Part shown: in pieces, positions 18,830-28,342 of the stretch
Layout: every line of letters begins with the position of its first letter
Position numbering within the stretch: position 1 is the first letter of the stretch
From: Rhodococcus sp. (in: high G+C Gram-positive bacteria)
GTDB lineage: Bacteria; Actinomycetota; Actinomycetes; Mycobacteriales; Mycobacteriaceae
Length of the DNA stretch: 57,734 nt
Reading direction: 5' to 3'
Assembly: GCF_049286785.1 (NCBI RefSeq)
Contig: NZ_JBAQEO010000916.1
Coordinates: 1-57,734 of the forward strand
Notes under the pieces: model-generated
Told to the model about the DNA's origin: nothing
Database searches by the model: none
The model's input: the letters and a program-made list of their open reading frames with translations, nothing else
Program-made: the position numbers and the translations under genes

Positions 18830-19597
18830 TCACACGAGGATGCCGCAGCTGCTTTCCTGCGCCTGCTGCTGCTCCTGGGTGCCTGCCGCGGGCATCGTGT
18901 ATTCGCCGCCCTCGAGGGTGATCTCGATGGCGTCGTCGGTGACCTCGAAAGAAGTCGGCTGCATGCCCAGTGGGTAGGTTTGCAGGCTGGAGGTCAGGGT
19001 CGAGACGATGCCGTCGACCAGGTCGGTCGGCAGTCCGAAGCCGAGGATCTCGGCGTTCACGGTCTTCACCTCGACGGTGCCGGCTACGACCTCGGGTCGC
19101 ACCGTGAGGTCCGCGAGTCCGAAAGGCCCGACGGTGAATGTCAATGTTCCCTGGTCGGAATCGGACGTGACAGCGCTGACGAGCGAGCCGAACGCCTGCT
19201 GCTGCAGGGTGGCGAGAATCCCGGTGGTCGACCAGGTGACGTGGGCGTCCGAGCTGCCGATCGTGCCGCTGCTGTCGGGAGTGTTCTCGATGCGCACGTC
19301 GTTGACCTGGGCGTGCACCTGCATTCCCTGGGCGGGACCGAACTTCGTGTCGTCGCTGTCGATCGTGATGTACGGGACGTTCTTGTCGACCGACTGCAGA
19401 AGAACCGGCTTCCAGCTCAGGCCCACGTCTACCTGGGAGCCGAGCTGGGTCTCGAACTGGTCTGCCATGCAGGTCTTCACGCTGTGGCGAACATAGAGTT
19501 CGCCTCCGACGAGTACCGCCACCAGTGCGGCGATGACCACCAGTGAGATGACGAGCACACGATTACTTCGGGGAGCGGAGTTCGTTGGGGCTGTCAT
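18830..19597 (-). CDS. LmeA/DUF2993-like membrane-anchored protein (Rv0479c-like)
   Basis: N-terminal TM followed by GGELYVRH; YPLGMQ near the C-terminus; synteny after deoC. Confidence 0.8.
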   Translation of the reverse strand: MTAPTNSAPRSNRVLVISLVVIAALVAVLVGGELYVRHSVKTCMADQFETQLGSQVDVGLSWKPVLLQSVDKNVPYITIDSDDTKFGPAQGMQVHAQVNDVRIENTPDSSGTIGSSDAHVTWSTTGILATLQQQAFGSLVSAVTSDSDQGTLTFTVGPFGLADLTVRPEVVAGTVEVKTVNAEILGFGLPTDLVDGIVSTLTSSLQTYPLGMQPTSFEVTDDAIEITLEGGEYTMPAAGTQEQQQAQESSCGILV

Positions 19598-19670
19598 CGC
19601 ACGTATTGTTCCCGACGACTCTGAACGAATTCTGTGAATGCGGTCGCGCGTCGCGGGATCCACTCGAAAG

Positions 19671-19686
19671 TGTGATGCGGACCACA
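19671..19686. promoter_or_regulatory. CRP/GlxR-type binding site
   Basis: aaagTGTGA-tgcgga-CCACAttt, one mismatch to TGTGA-N6-TCACA. Confidence 0.6.
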
Positions 19687-19707
19687 TTTGCTGGGTAATC
19701 TGGGAAA

Positions 19708-20325
19708 ATGACCGGATGGTTGGCTCCTCGTCCCGGTGGCCCGGAACGGGATGGTGTCGGTGAAGAGCTGACACGTCTCGCCACGGCACAGGCCGGCTTT
19801 TTCACGACCGCGCAGGCGCTGCGACTCGGCTTCACCGCCGAGGAGATCGGCGAGAATGTGCTGGACGGGTCGTGGACCAAGGTGGAGCGAGACCTGTTCC
19901 GGGTGAAGGACTGCCCGCACTCGGATCTCGAAGAGTTCGCGAAGTGGTGCACGTGGTTCGGTGCGGCTGCGGCCGTCTCCCATCAAAGCGCCGCAGAACT
20001 GCACGGGCTCGGACACCTCTACCCGCGTTTCATCCACCTTTCCACCGTGATGTCGCCACCATCTCCCACGCAGCAACTCGCCCTACACCGCCGGTCGCTG
20101 CGAGACGAGGACTGCGAACAGGTGGGTGCCCTCCGCATCACTACTCCCACCTGTACGGTGCTCGATCTGGCGTCGAGCGGGATTTCCCAGGAACTGCTCG
20201 ACGAGGTGGTCTCGGACGGCGTGGCGATCAGAAGACTGGACGTGGCCGAGGTGAAGGGGAAGTGCGGGTCCCTGCCGGTGCAGGTGGCGAAGCGCGTCGA
20301 ACATGCACTGTCCACCTGCACCTGA
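19708..20325 (+). CDS. AbiEi-like (type IV TA antitoxin family) transcriptional regulator
   Basis: LATAQAGFFTTAQALRLG, WTKVERDLFR, AVSHQSAAELHGL, LRITTPTCTVLDLA. Confidence 0.8.
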   Translation: MTGWLAPRPGGPERDGVGEELTRLATAQAGFFTTAQALRLGFTAEEIGENVLDGSWTKVERDLFRVKDCPHSDLEEFAKWCTWFGAAAAVSHQSAAELHGLGHLYPRFIHLSTVMSPPSPTQQLALHRRSLRDEDCEQVGALRITTPTCTVLDLASSGISQELLDEVVSDGVAIRRLDVAEVKGKCGSLPVQVAKRVEHALSTCT

Positions 20326-20360
20326 CAGGGCAGCAGGAACCCCCTCGCGGATGGCGTGAA

Positions 20361-21158
20361 TTAATTCGGCAGCTGCCTGGGGGCGACCAGAGACCACGGG
20401 ACGGTCAGCACGTTGTCGCGCAGCCGGCGCCGCTGGGTCTGCACCGGAAGGCCTTCGGTGCGCATGAGTTCGAGCGCTGCCCGCCACCGCACGCGGGGAC
20501 CGAACGAACCGTGCGGCGCTGCGGTGGCCCAGGCTCGGTCGGCAGCGGTGAGCAGGGCGTGGATCGGCTCACCCGGAACGTTGCGGTGGATCAGCGCCTT
20601 GGGTAACCGCTCGGCGATGTCCGAGGGTTTGTCGACGTCGAACGGATCCCACGCAAGCGTCAGGGACAACGGACCGGTGGCATCGAGGAGCACCCAAGCG
20701 CAACGCCGGCCCAGTTCGTCGCAGGTTCCCTCGATGATCAGGCCGCCCGGTGCCAGCCCGGACTGCATGCGGGCCCACGCCGGCGCAACAGCGTCCTCGG
20801 GATACTGCCGGAGCACGTTGAAGGCCCGGACGAGGGCGGGGCGAAGGCCGGAGAGTTCGAATCCGCCGCGGGCGAAGCTCACGCCGTGCCTGCTCTCGAC
20901 CACCCGTTCGGGATCGATCTCGAGCCCGATCACGCGGCGGTCATCGCGGACAGTGCGCAGCCTGTCGGCGAGTTCGAAGGTGGTGTGGGGCCGGGCACCG
21001 TAACCGAGATCGACGACGAGGGGGTCGAGGGAATCGTGCAGCGTCCGGCGCACCAGTGCGTCGTGCACGAGCCAGCGATCGCTGCGGCGAAGCCGATTGA
21101 TGCCCGTCGTGCCCCGGGTGATGACACCGAGGGGCCGCTTCAGGGTTGCTGAAGTCAT
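20361..21158 (-). CDS. Conserved actinobacterial class I SAM-dependent methyltransferase
   Basis: GVITRGTTGINRLRRSDRW, VVDLGYGA, GLEIDPERV, RAFNVLRQY, EGTCDELGR. Confidence 0.85.
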   Translation of the reverse strand: MTSATLKRPLGVITRGTTGINRLRRSDRWLVHDALVRRTLHDSLDPLVVDLGYGARPHTTFELADRLRTVRDDRRVIGLEIDPERVVESRHGVSFARGGFELSGLRPALVRAFNVLRQYPEDAVAPAWARMQSGLAPGGLIIEGTCDELGRRCAWVLLDATGPLSLTLAWDPFDVDKPSDIAERLPKALIHRNVPGEPIHALLTAADRAWATAAPHGSFGPRVRWRAALELMRTEGLPVQTQRRRLRDNVLTVPWSLVAPRQLPN

Positions 21159-21178
21159 GAGAATGTATGCCGGGGTTG

Positions 21179-21679
21179 TTAGTGCTGCGACAACCAGTTT
21201 TCGGTGATCTCGGCCTCGGCGCGGAACAGGTCGATCAGGTTCACGAGCATCAACTGCTCGAGCTTGCCGCCGATGAACGGTAGGTACACCTTCGCCTCCG
21301 ACGAGGTGCGGAACGTGCACCCGTTCTCGGTCGCGAACAGCTTCATGTTGCCCGTAAGGCTGCCGGGACCCGCGGGAATCGACGCCTCGTACGTACCGGT
21401 GACGGGCTCGCCGAACGCCGTATACGACTCTTTGCGGGTGATGATCATGTCTTTCTTCATCACGGCCTGCGCAACGTCGGGAAGCTCCGACCGCGGAAGG
21501 ATGTGATGCAGCACGATGTCGATCCCGTTGTCGTGGACCTCGAAGTGCTCGATGTGGTTCTCGGAGTACTTCCGCATCTCTTCGATGCGCGCATCCCAGT
21601 ACTCACGGCTGGTGAAGGCGCTGTACACCTCTTCGGGGGTGTACTTGTAGCGGGCGGAGTAGTCGATACGGCGAGCCAT
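21179..21679 (-). CDS. DUF2505 domain protein
   Basis: VYSAFTSREYWDAR..KVYLPFIGGKLEQ..EAEITENWL. Confidence 0.85.
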   Translation of the reverse strand: MARRIDYSARYKYTPEEVYSAFTSREYWDARIEEMRKYSENHIEHFEVHDNGIDIVLHHILPRSELPDVAQAVMKKDMIITRKESYTAFGEPVTGTYEASIPAGPGSLTGNMKLFATENGCTFRTSSEAKVYLPFIGGKLEQLMLVNLIDLFRAEAEITENWLSQH

Positions 21680-21742
21680 GATGTGCAAGGTTACCGGATC
21701 GTGACCCGGCGCCGTGCACACCGGGCGCGCACCTCTCCGAGG

Positions 21743-22240
21743 TCAGGCCTGGAGCCACTGCTCGGTGAAGGCCTGTTCCTTGTCGATCAAACTCAGCACC
21801 TCTTCGGTGATGGCGCTTTCGATCTTGCCGCCGAAGAACGGAATGTTGACCTCGGTCTCGCCGCTGATCTCCACTCTCGATCCGGAAATGCCGGCGGTGA
21901 GCGTCTGGATTCCGGAGACCTTGGCGGGCGTCCCCTCGACCGCGGCGGTGAAGGTGCCTGCCGCCTTGTCGCCGTCGAGTACACCCCACGTCTCGGTGCG
22001 CTTGATGTGGAGGTCGCCGGGACGGATCTTCGTCACGATGGCCGGCAGGTGCTCGGCGGGGATCGTCTGTGTCATTGCCACGGAAATGGTGCCGGGGCCC
22101 GTCGTGATGTCGTCGAGGGTGGCGCCCGGTCCGCCGACCTGCGCCAAACGGTCGTGCCAGTACTGCTCGGTGACCAGGCCGTCATGGACTCGGTCGACAG
22201 GGAGGGAGTAGGACGACGAATACTCGATGCGGCGGCTCAC
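21743..22240 (-). CDS. DUF2505 domain protein (tandem paralogue)
   Basis: QYWHDRLA..VNIPFFGGKIESAI..EQAFTEQWL. Confidence 0.85.
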   Translation of the reverse strand: MSRRIEYSSSYSLPVDRVHDGLVTEQYWHDRLAQVGGPGATLDDITTGPGTISVAMTQTIPAEHLPAIVTKIRPGDLHIKRTETWGVLDGDKAAGTFTAAVEGTPAKVSGIQTLTAGISGSRVEISGETEVNIPFFGGKIESAITEEVLSLIDKEQAFTEQWLQA

Positions 22241-22266
22241 GATCGGTCACGCTACCGTTTGCGCTT

Positions 22267-23358
22267 GTGTGGGACGTGAGCATTGTCGGTCAACTCGTCG
22301 ATTCGGGCGCCATCGCGACCGAGAACCTCGAACTGTCGGGACTCACGACACTTCGGGTCGGGGGACCGGCCCGGATCGTGGCGGAGTGCCCGGCCACATC
22401 AATTCTGGTCGACGTAGTGCGGTTACTCGATTCCGCCCACATTCCGACCCTCGTTCTCGCGGGCGGTTCCAATCTAGTGATCGGCGACGACGGATTCGAT
22501 GGCGTCGTGGTGCGTGTGTCCAACGCCACAGTCGGTGTGGAAGAGGGATTCGTCACCGCGGAGGCCGGAGCCGAGTGGGATCAGGTGGTGGCGCTGACCG
22601 TCGCCGCCGACCTCGGCGGGCTCGAATGCCTGTCCGGGATTCCCGGTTCCACCGGAGCGACGCCCGTGCAGAACGTGGGGGCGTACGGCGTGGAAGTCGG
22701 GTCGATGCTCCGGCGGGTCCGGTTGCTCGATCGTCGGAGCGGGGAGGTGCGCTGGGTGGGGCCCGAGGCCCTCGGTCTCGGCTACCGCACGAGCGTGCTG
22801 AAACACTCCGACGCCGCGCTGGTTCTCGAGGTGGAGTTGACCGTGCACCAGGACGGTCTCAGTGAGCCGCTGCGCTACCGCGAACTCGTGTCGGCGGTGG
22901 GGGCGTCCGAGGGTGATCGACTGCCGTCGGCGCAGGTCCGTGAGGCGGTACTGGGTTTGCGGCGAAGTAAGGGGATGGTGCTGGATCCCTCCGATCACGA
23001 CACCTGGAGTGCAGGCTCCTTCTTCACCAATCCGGTGGTGCCGGCCGACGAGTTACCGCGTGTACTCGCCGCGATCGAGGCCCGGCTGGGCGAGGTGGAC
23101 GTGCCCCGGTATCCGGCCGAGCACGGCATCAAGTTGTCGGCCGGCTGGCTGATCGAGCGGGCCGGTTACTCGAAGGGTTACCCGGGGGAGGGTGCCGTCG
23201 CGCGTCTGTCCACCAAGCACACCCTGGCGCTGACCAATCGTGGCGGCGCCAAGTCCGAAGACCTGCTCGCGCTGGCCCGCGACGTGCGCGACGGTGTCGA
23301 ATCCGCGTTCGGTGTGCGGCTCCACCCCGAGCCCGTCACAGTCGGCTGCTCGCTCTGA
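22267..23358 (+). CDS. murB: UDP-N-acetylmuramate dehydrogenase
   Basis: TTLRVGGPA, GGSNLV, GIPGSTGATPVQNVGAYG, SAGSFFTNP, KHTLALTNRG. Confidence 0.96.
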   Translation: MWDVSIVGQLVDSGAIATENLELSGLTTLRVGGPARIVAECPATSILVDVVRLLDSAHIPTLVLAGGSNLVIGDDGFDGVVVRVSNATVGVEEGFVTAEAGAEWDQVVALTVAADLGGLECLSGIPGSTGATPVQNVGAYGVEVGSMLRRVRLLDRRSGEVRWVGPEALGLGYRTSVLKHSDAALVLEVELTVHQDGLSEPLRYRELVSAVGASEGDRLPSAQVREAVLGLRRSKGMVLDPSDHDTWSAGSFFTNPVVPADELPRVLAAIEARLGEVDVPRYPAEHGIKLSAGWLIERAGYSKGYPGEGAVARLSTKHTLALTNRGGAKSEDLLALARDVRDGVESAFGVRLHPEPVTVGCSL

Positions 23359-23388
23359 GGGCCCCGCCGGGTAGGTAGCCTGGCGCAT

Positions 23389-24573
23389 GTGCATGAATCA
23401 CGATCTCGGGCAGGCCGGTCGACGCTCGTTCTCCTCGCGGCAGCGGTGATCGGCCTTCTCGTCGTCCTGACCGGGTGCACGGCGAACACCGGGAGTGGCA
23501 CTCCCGCGGGGCAGAGCGAGCCGGCGGTCGAGGTGGTTCAGAGCCCGGCGTCGGGTACGGAAGACGTCAATCCGGTCTCGCCGATCTCGGCCGCCGCAGA
23601 AGGCGGGACGTTCACGAACATCTCCCTCGTCAATGCGGCGGGCCTGCCGGTGCAGGGAGTCCTCTCGCAGGACCGCGCCACGTTCACGGTGTCCGAGCCA
23701 CTCGGCTACGGCTCCACGTACACCTGGCGTGGCACGGCGGCGGGGACGGACGGCAGAACCGTCGAGGTCGAAGGCAGCTTCTCGACACTCGAGCCGGATT
23801 CGGAGGTCTCGGCCACACTCAACATAGGCGACGGACAGGAAGTGGGCATCGCCGCTCCGATCATCGTGCAGTTCCACGACACCGTCGAGGACAAGGCGGC
23901 CGTCGAGAAGACGATGAAGGTGACCACCACACCGCCCACTCCGGGATCGTGGGCGTGGCTTCCCGACGACAACGGCTCACGCGCACACTGGCGTCCGCAG
24001 AACTACTGGGCGCCCGGCACCGCCGTGAACCTCGACGCGAAGCTCTACGGCCTCGACTACGGCGACGGCGGGTACGGCGCCGAAGACCTGTCGCTCGACT
24101 TCACCATCGGACGCAGCCAGATCGTGATCGCGAACGCTCCCAGCCACCGCATGCAGGTGGTGCGTGACGGCCGGACCATCATGGACATCCCGGTGAGTTA
24201 CGGCGAGGGCAACGAGGCTCGCAACGTCACCCGCAGCGGCATCCACATGGTGACCGAGAAGCACGAGGACTTCCTCATGTCGAATCCGCCGTTCTACGAG
24301 AACGTGCGTGAACGGTGGGCGGTCCGCATCTCCAACAACGGTGAATTCATCCACGCGAACCCGGAGACCATCGGTGTCCAGGGCTCGTCGAACGTCACCA
24401 ACGGCTGCATAAACCTGTCCCTCACGGACGCCCAGCAGTATTTCGGTACCGCAGTGTACGGCGACCCCGTCGAAGTGACGGGCACCTCTATCGAGCTGTC
24501 CGCCGCCGATGGCGACGTGTACGACTGGGCAATCGACTGGCCCACCTGGCAGTCGATGTCCGCCCTCGCCTAG
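23389..24573 (+). CDS. L,D-transpeptidase lipoprotein (LprQ/LdtC type)
   Basis: Lipobox LTGC, Ig-like domains, RISNNGEFIHANP...NVTNGCINLS catalytic motif. Confidence 0.92.
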   Translation: MHESRSRAGRSTLVLLAAAVIGLLVVLTGCTANTGSGTPAGQSEPAVEVVQSPASGTEDVNPVSPISAAAEGGTFTNISLVNAAGLPVQGVLSQDRATFTVSEPLGYGSTYTWRGTAAGTDGRTVEVEGSFSTLEPDSEVSATLNIGDGQEVGIAAPIIVQFHDTVEDKAAVEKTMKVTTTPPTPGSWAWLPDDNGSRAHWRPQNYWAPGTAVNLDAKLYGLDYGDGGYGAEDLSLDFTIGRSQIVIANAPSHRMQVVRDGRTIMDIPVSYGEGNEARNVTRSGIHMVTEKHEDFLMSNPPFYENVRERWAVRISNNGEFIHANPETIGVQGSSNVTNGCINLSLTDAQQYFGTAVYGDPVEVTGTSIELSAADGDVYDWAIDWPTWQSMSALA

Positions 24574-24686
24574 CCGTACCCTCTCAGGCGCCGGTACTCG
24601 GAATCGCCTTGCGCCGCTCCGCGCTCGGACATGCCGCTCCGCTCCGTGACGTGCCTCCCCCGGTGTTCCCTGCTCGACCGAAAGGT

Positions 24687-24713
24687 GGAACCGAATCCGG
24701 GCATGGCGCGTCT
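24687..24713 (+). promoter_or_regulatory. ECF sigma-type promoter
   Basis: GGAAC-N17-CGTCT upstream of small ORF 24754. Confidence 0.55.
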
Positions 24714-24753
24714 ACCCGTGTGAGTGCGCATCGTCGACCCAGGAGGATGAGAG

Positions 24754-24909
24754 ATGGCGGGATGGATACTGCTCTGTTCGTTCGCGGTGATCGTCGCGGG
24801 CATGTGGAGTGTGATCCTGTCACTGGAGCATCAGGACAGGCGCAACGCCGCGCGAGCGACTATACGAGGCGGTGAAAACGACCGGCGGAAGCCTGATCTC
24901 GGGGCTTGA
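24754..24909 (+). CDS. 51-aa single-TM small protein, not in the ORF track
   Basis: AGGAGG 7 nt before ATG; MAGWILLCSFAVIVAGMWSVILSLEHQDRRNAARATIRGGENDRRKPDLGA. Confidence 0.6.
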   Translation: MAGWILLCSFAVIVAGMWSVILSLEHQDRRNAARATIRGGENDRRKPDLGA

Positions 24910-25606
24910 CGATGATCTGGTCGAGGTTCACGTGCGAGGGACGTGACGCCACGAACCCGATGATGTCGGCGATGTCGGCGGCCACCAGCGGCGTGATGCC
25001 CTCGTACACCTTGTCGGCGCGCTCCCGGTCGCCCTCGAACCGCACGAGTGAGAACTCCGTTTCCACCGCGCCCGGCGCGATCTCGGTGAAGCGGACCGGC
25101 TTGCCCAGCAATTCACCGCGTAACGTGCGATGCAGGACGGCCTGCGCATGCTTGGCCGAGGTGTAACCCGCGCCGTTGTCGTAGGCCTCGAAGGCGGCCA
25201 CGGACGTGATGGTAACCACCAGGCCATTGCCCGACTCGATCAACTTCGGAAGCAGCGCCTTGGTGACACGCAGCGTGCCCAGGACATTCGTCTCCCACAT
25301 CCACCGCCAATCGTCCAGATCGGCCTCCGCTACAGGGGCCAGGCCCTTGGCGCCACCCGCGTTGTTGACGAGTACCTCGACCCGCGGCAGCACCGCGGTG
25401 AACGCGTCCACCGAGTCCTGATCGGTGACGTCGAGCTCCAACGCGGTGCCGCCGATATCGTCGGCGACCTTCTGCAGTCGATCCAATCGCCTGGCCCCGA
25501 CGACCACATGGAACCCCTGGTCCGCGAGGGTTCGAGCAGTGGCTTCTCCGATACCGGAACTTGCTCCGGTGACGACGGCTACGCGGGCATCAGGTGAGAT
25601 GGTCAT
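24860..25606 (-). CDS. Short-chain dehydrogenase/reductase (Rv0484c/YdfG-like)
   Basis: TGASSGIG, NNAG, YTSAK, APGAVETEFSLVRF. Confidence 0.92.
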   Translation of the reverse strand: MTISPDARVAVVTGASSGIGEATARTLADQGFHVVVGARRLDRLQKVADDIGGTALELDVTDQDSVDAFTAVLPRVEVLVNNAGGAKGLAPVAEADLDDWRWMWETNVLGTLRVTKALLPKLIESGNGLVVTITSVAAFEAYDNGAGYTSAKHAQAVLHRTLRGELLGKPVRFTEIAPGAVETEFSLVRFEGDRERADKVYEGITPLVAADIADIIGFVASRPSHVNLDQIIVKPRDQASAGRFHRLV

Positions 25607-25631
25607 GACGCCATGTTAGGACCAGGCCGTG

Positions 25632-25679
25632 TCGGGGCCATTCGAGATCGGGGCCACTCGAGATCGGGGCCACTCGGGA
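25632..25679. repeat. 16-bp tandem repeat x3 abutting the TauD-family stop codon
   Basis: TCGGGGCCATTCGAGA / TCGGGGCCACTCGAGA / TCGGGGCCACTCGGGA. Confidence 0.9.
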
Positions 25680-26633
25680 TCAGGGTCGCACCGTGACCGG
25701 TTCGTCGATGACGGAGTAGCCACTGGCATCACCGGCGACGGCCCGGCTGCGCTCGCCGCGAACGTTCACCGGGACGTCCCCGGCCAGGGTGATCCGGTTG
25801 AGCCGACGGTACTGGTCGTCGTAATCGGCGACGGCATAATGCTGGGTGGCGCGGTTGTCCCAGATCGCGACGTCACCCTGCTGCCAGTTCCACCGGGTCG
25901 TGTACTCGAGCGAGATGGCGTGGTCCTGCAGAACCCGGAACAGCGCCTGCGACTGCGAACTGCTCAGTCCCACGAAGCTCTTGACGAAATGCCCGAGGAG
26001 AAGGGTGCGTTCCCCGGTTTCGGGGTGGACCCGCACCACGGGGTGTTCGGTCTCGAAGTAGGTGGACTCGAACTCGGCGCGGTACTCCCGGTCCTTCTCG
26101 TCCTGTGCGCGCTCGGCGCTGGTCGCGGCGTAGTCGTAGACGTTGGTATGTGTCGCCCACAGGTTCTCGGCCAGCGCCTTCAGCGGCTCCGGGAGTGAAC
26201 TGTAGGCAGCGACACCGGACGCCCACGTGGTGGATCCGCCGTAGGTGGGGAGTTGCACGGCGCGCAGGATCGATGCCTTCGGGATCCGGTCGACGAAGGT
26301 GACGTCGGTGTGCCAGCTGTTGGCCTTGCCGTAGTCGGAATCGATCGGCAGCACCTTCGTGCCGCGCGAGGTGACCGTGGGATGCGGCGTGGTGGGGGAG
26401 CCGAGCAGTTCGGCGAACGCGTACTGCGAGTCGTCCGTGAGGTGCTCCTGGCCGCGGAAGAAGATCACCTTGTGCTCGAGCAGTGCCGTCCGGATGAGCG
26501 ACACCGTGGCGGGGTCCAGATCGCCCCCGAGCCGGACACCGTCGATTCGGGCACCGATGTGAGCACCGAGTTTCACTACGTCGGTGGGAATGTGTGCATC
26601 GTGCGTCGTATGAGGCGCGAAATCGACAGACAT
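25680..26633 (-). CDS. TauD/TfdA family Fe(II)/2-oxoglutarate dioxygenase (alkylsulfatase AtsK/Rv3406-like)
   Basis: [38 protein letters not shown]. Confidence 0.92.
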   Translation of the reverse strand: MSVDFAPHTTHDAHIPTDVVKLGAHIGARIDGVRLGGDLDPATVSLIRTALLEHKVIFFRGQEHLTDDSQYAFAELLGSPTTPHPTVTSRGTKVLPIDSDYGKANSWHTDVTFVDRIPKASILRAVQLPTYGGSTTWASGVAAYSSLPEPLKALAENLWATHTNVYDYAATSAERAQDEKDREYRAEFESTYFETEHPVVRVHPETGERTLLLGHFVKSFVGLSSSQSQALFRVLQDHAISLEYTTRWNWQQGDVAIWDNRATQHYAVADYDDQYRRLNRITLAGDVPVNVRGERSRAVAGDASGYSVIDEPVTVRP

Positions 26634-26779
26634 CGGGGACCTTTCGATTGGCAGGGCTTGGGGGATTGCCGTAACCGAACCACCGCATCCGGCCCGTCGG
26701 AAGCATTTGCGTCACCCTGATCGCAAGCGTTTCGGTGCGCCCGATTGGTGGAACCGGCCGAAGCTGCTATTTTCGTGTC

Positions 26780-26893
26780 ATGTCCTCGAGTCAGCTCCAA
26801 GCCCCGCGGGTCACCTACGTGACCGCCGCGCTCGGCTCACGGCTGCCGTTGGCGAGGGAACTGTGTTGTCGCTGTCACCGCAACCACAGTTGA
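26780..26893 (+). CDS. Leaderless Cys-rich leader peptide (cysteine-responsive attenuator candidate)
   Basis: Extended -10 TGcTATTTT ends 6 nt before ATG; MSSSQLQAPRVTYVTAALGSRLPLARELCCRCHRNHS; upstream of the Rv0485-like ROK gene. Confidence 0.75.
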   Translation: MSSSQLQAPRVTYVTAALGSRLPLARELCCRCHRNHS

Positions 26894-27000
26894 TCTGCGC
26901 AGACTTCTCCTGATTTCGCCCCCGCACGGCACCCGATCTCGACGGGTGCCTGCCGCGTTCGGATGAAGGTGCGCACCACCTCCCGATCTCGAGGACCCAC

Positions 27001-28275
27001 GTGTCTGCCCCTGCTCTTTCCACCCCCCGCCCTCTCGGTTCCGCAACCCGAGTCCAGCGCCCGAAAGCGCGTCCACGCCTCGGCATCATCCCGCCCGATC
27101 TGCGGATCGGCGACGGCCCCGCAGCCGGGGTGATGCGGGTGGCCCGCACCCGCGGACCACTGTCCCGCGATGTCGCCGCGAAGGCCACCGGCCTGAGCAT
27201 CGCCACCGTCAATCGTCAGGTGTCGACCCTGCTCGACCTCGGATTGCTACGCGAGCGAGGCGATCTCACGCCCTCGGGCGCCATCGGCCGGCCCCGTGTG
27301 CCGTTCGAGGTCAACCACGAGCCCTACCTGACCATCGGCATCCACATCGGTGCCGTCGTCACCAGCATCATCGCCAGTGATCTGCGCGGAAAGGTTCTCG
27401 GCGCAGTCGAGGTCCCTACCCCCCAGGGGCCCTCCGCCGAGGCGCTGGCCACGATCGCCCGCAGTGCCCGGGCCTTCGCCTCCCGATGGCATCGTCGCAG
27501 TCCACTGTGGGCCGGAGTTGCCCTCGGTGGACGCGTCGACGCCCAGACGGGTGTGGTCGATCATCCTCGACTGGGATGGAAGTCGGCTCGCGTCGGCGCC
27601 ATCGTCACCGCAGGTCTCGGCCTGCCGGTGTCCGTCGCCGCCCACGTCGAGGCCATGGCCGCGTCGGAGTTGTTGCTGACCCCCGAATCGGAAGGAGTTG
27701 CCGCGCAAGGTGAAACGGGCCTGTACTTCTACGCCCGCGAGACCGCCGGAATCGCCATCACGATCGACGGGCGCGTGCACACACCGTCGAGCGGTCCGGG
27801 GTCGATTGCCCATCTGCCGACCGGTTCGTCGGCGCTGTGCTCCTGCGGCTCCCGTGGGTGCCTCGAGGCGACCATCAGTGACCGTGCGGTCCTCGCATCC
27901 GCGGTGGACGCAGGCATACTGACGAAGTCGACGTCACTGCCCGCGATGAGTGCCCTCTACAAGGCTGCATCCTCGGGTTCGGCTGCCGCACACGAGCTTC
28001 TGGTCCAGCGGGCGGAGGTGCTCGGCAAGACCGTGGCGATGCTACGCGATTTGTTCAATCCGGATCGGGTGATCCTCGGTGGGCAGGCGTTCACCGAGTA
28101 CCCGGCCGGCATTCCCCACGTCGCGGAAGCATTCGGCCGGGCTTCGTCTCTGGAGCGCAAGGATATTCGCATCACGGGTTTCGGAAACCGGGTTCAGGAA
28201 TACGCATCGACCGTGGTGTCGCTGAGCACCCTCTTCTCGGATCCGGTCGGGGCGATGCGCAGGACTTCACTGTAG
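27001..28275 (+). CDS. ROK family transcriptional regulator (Rv0485-like)
   Basis: HTH TGLSIATVNRQV, GRPRVP, CSCGSRGCLEA, LFNPDRVILGG. Confidence 0.92.
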   Translation: MSAPALSTPRPLGSATRVQRPKARPRLGIIPPDLRIGDGPAAGVMRVARTRGPLSRDVAAKATGLSIATVNRQVSTLLDLGLLRERGDLTPSGAIGRPRVPFEVNHEPYLTIGIHIGAVVTSIIASDLRGKVLGAVEVPTPQGPSAEALATIARSARAFASRWHRRSPLWAGVALGGRVDAQTGVVDHPRLGWKSARVGAIVTAGLGLPVSVAAHVEAMAASELLLTPESEGVAAQGETGLYFYARETAGIAITIDGRVHTPSSGPGSIAHLPTGSSALCSCGSRGCLEATISDRAVLASAVDAGILTKSTSLPAMSALYKAASSGSAAAHELLVQRAEVLGKTVAMLRDLFNPDRVILGGQAFTEYPAGIPHVAEAFGRASSLERKDIRITGFGNRVQEYASTVVSLSTLFSDPVGAMRRTSL

Positions 28276-28288
28276 GTCGCACAGCGAT

Positions 28289-28326
28289 TCGTCAGCTGCA
28301 CAGGTAATAGCCTGTGCGGCTGACGA
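28289..28326. terminator. Hairpin between convergent genes
   Basis: TCGTCAGCTGCACAGG-taatag-CCTGTGCGGCTGACGA. Confidence 0.75.
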
Positions 28327-28342
28327 TTTCATCTGTTTTCGG

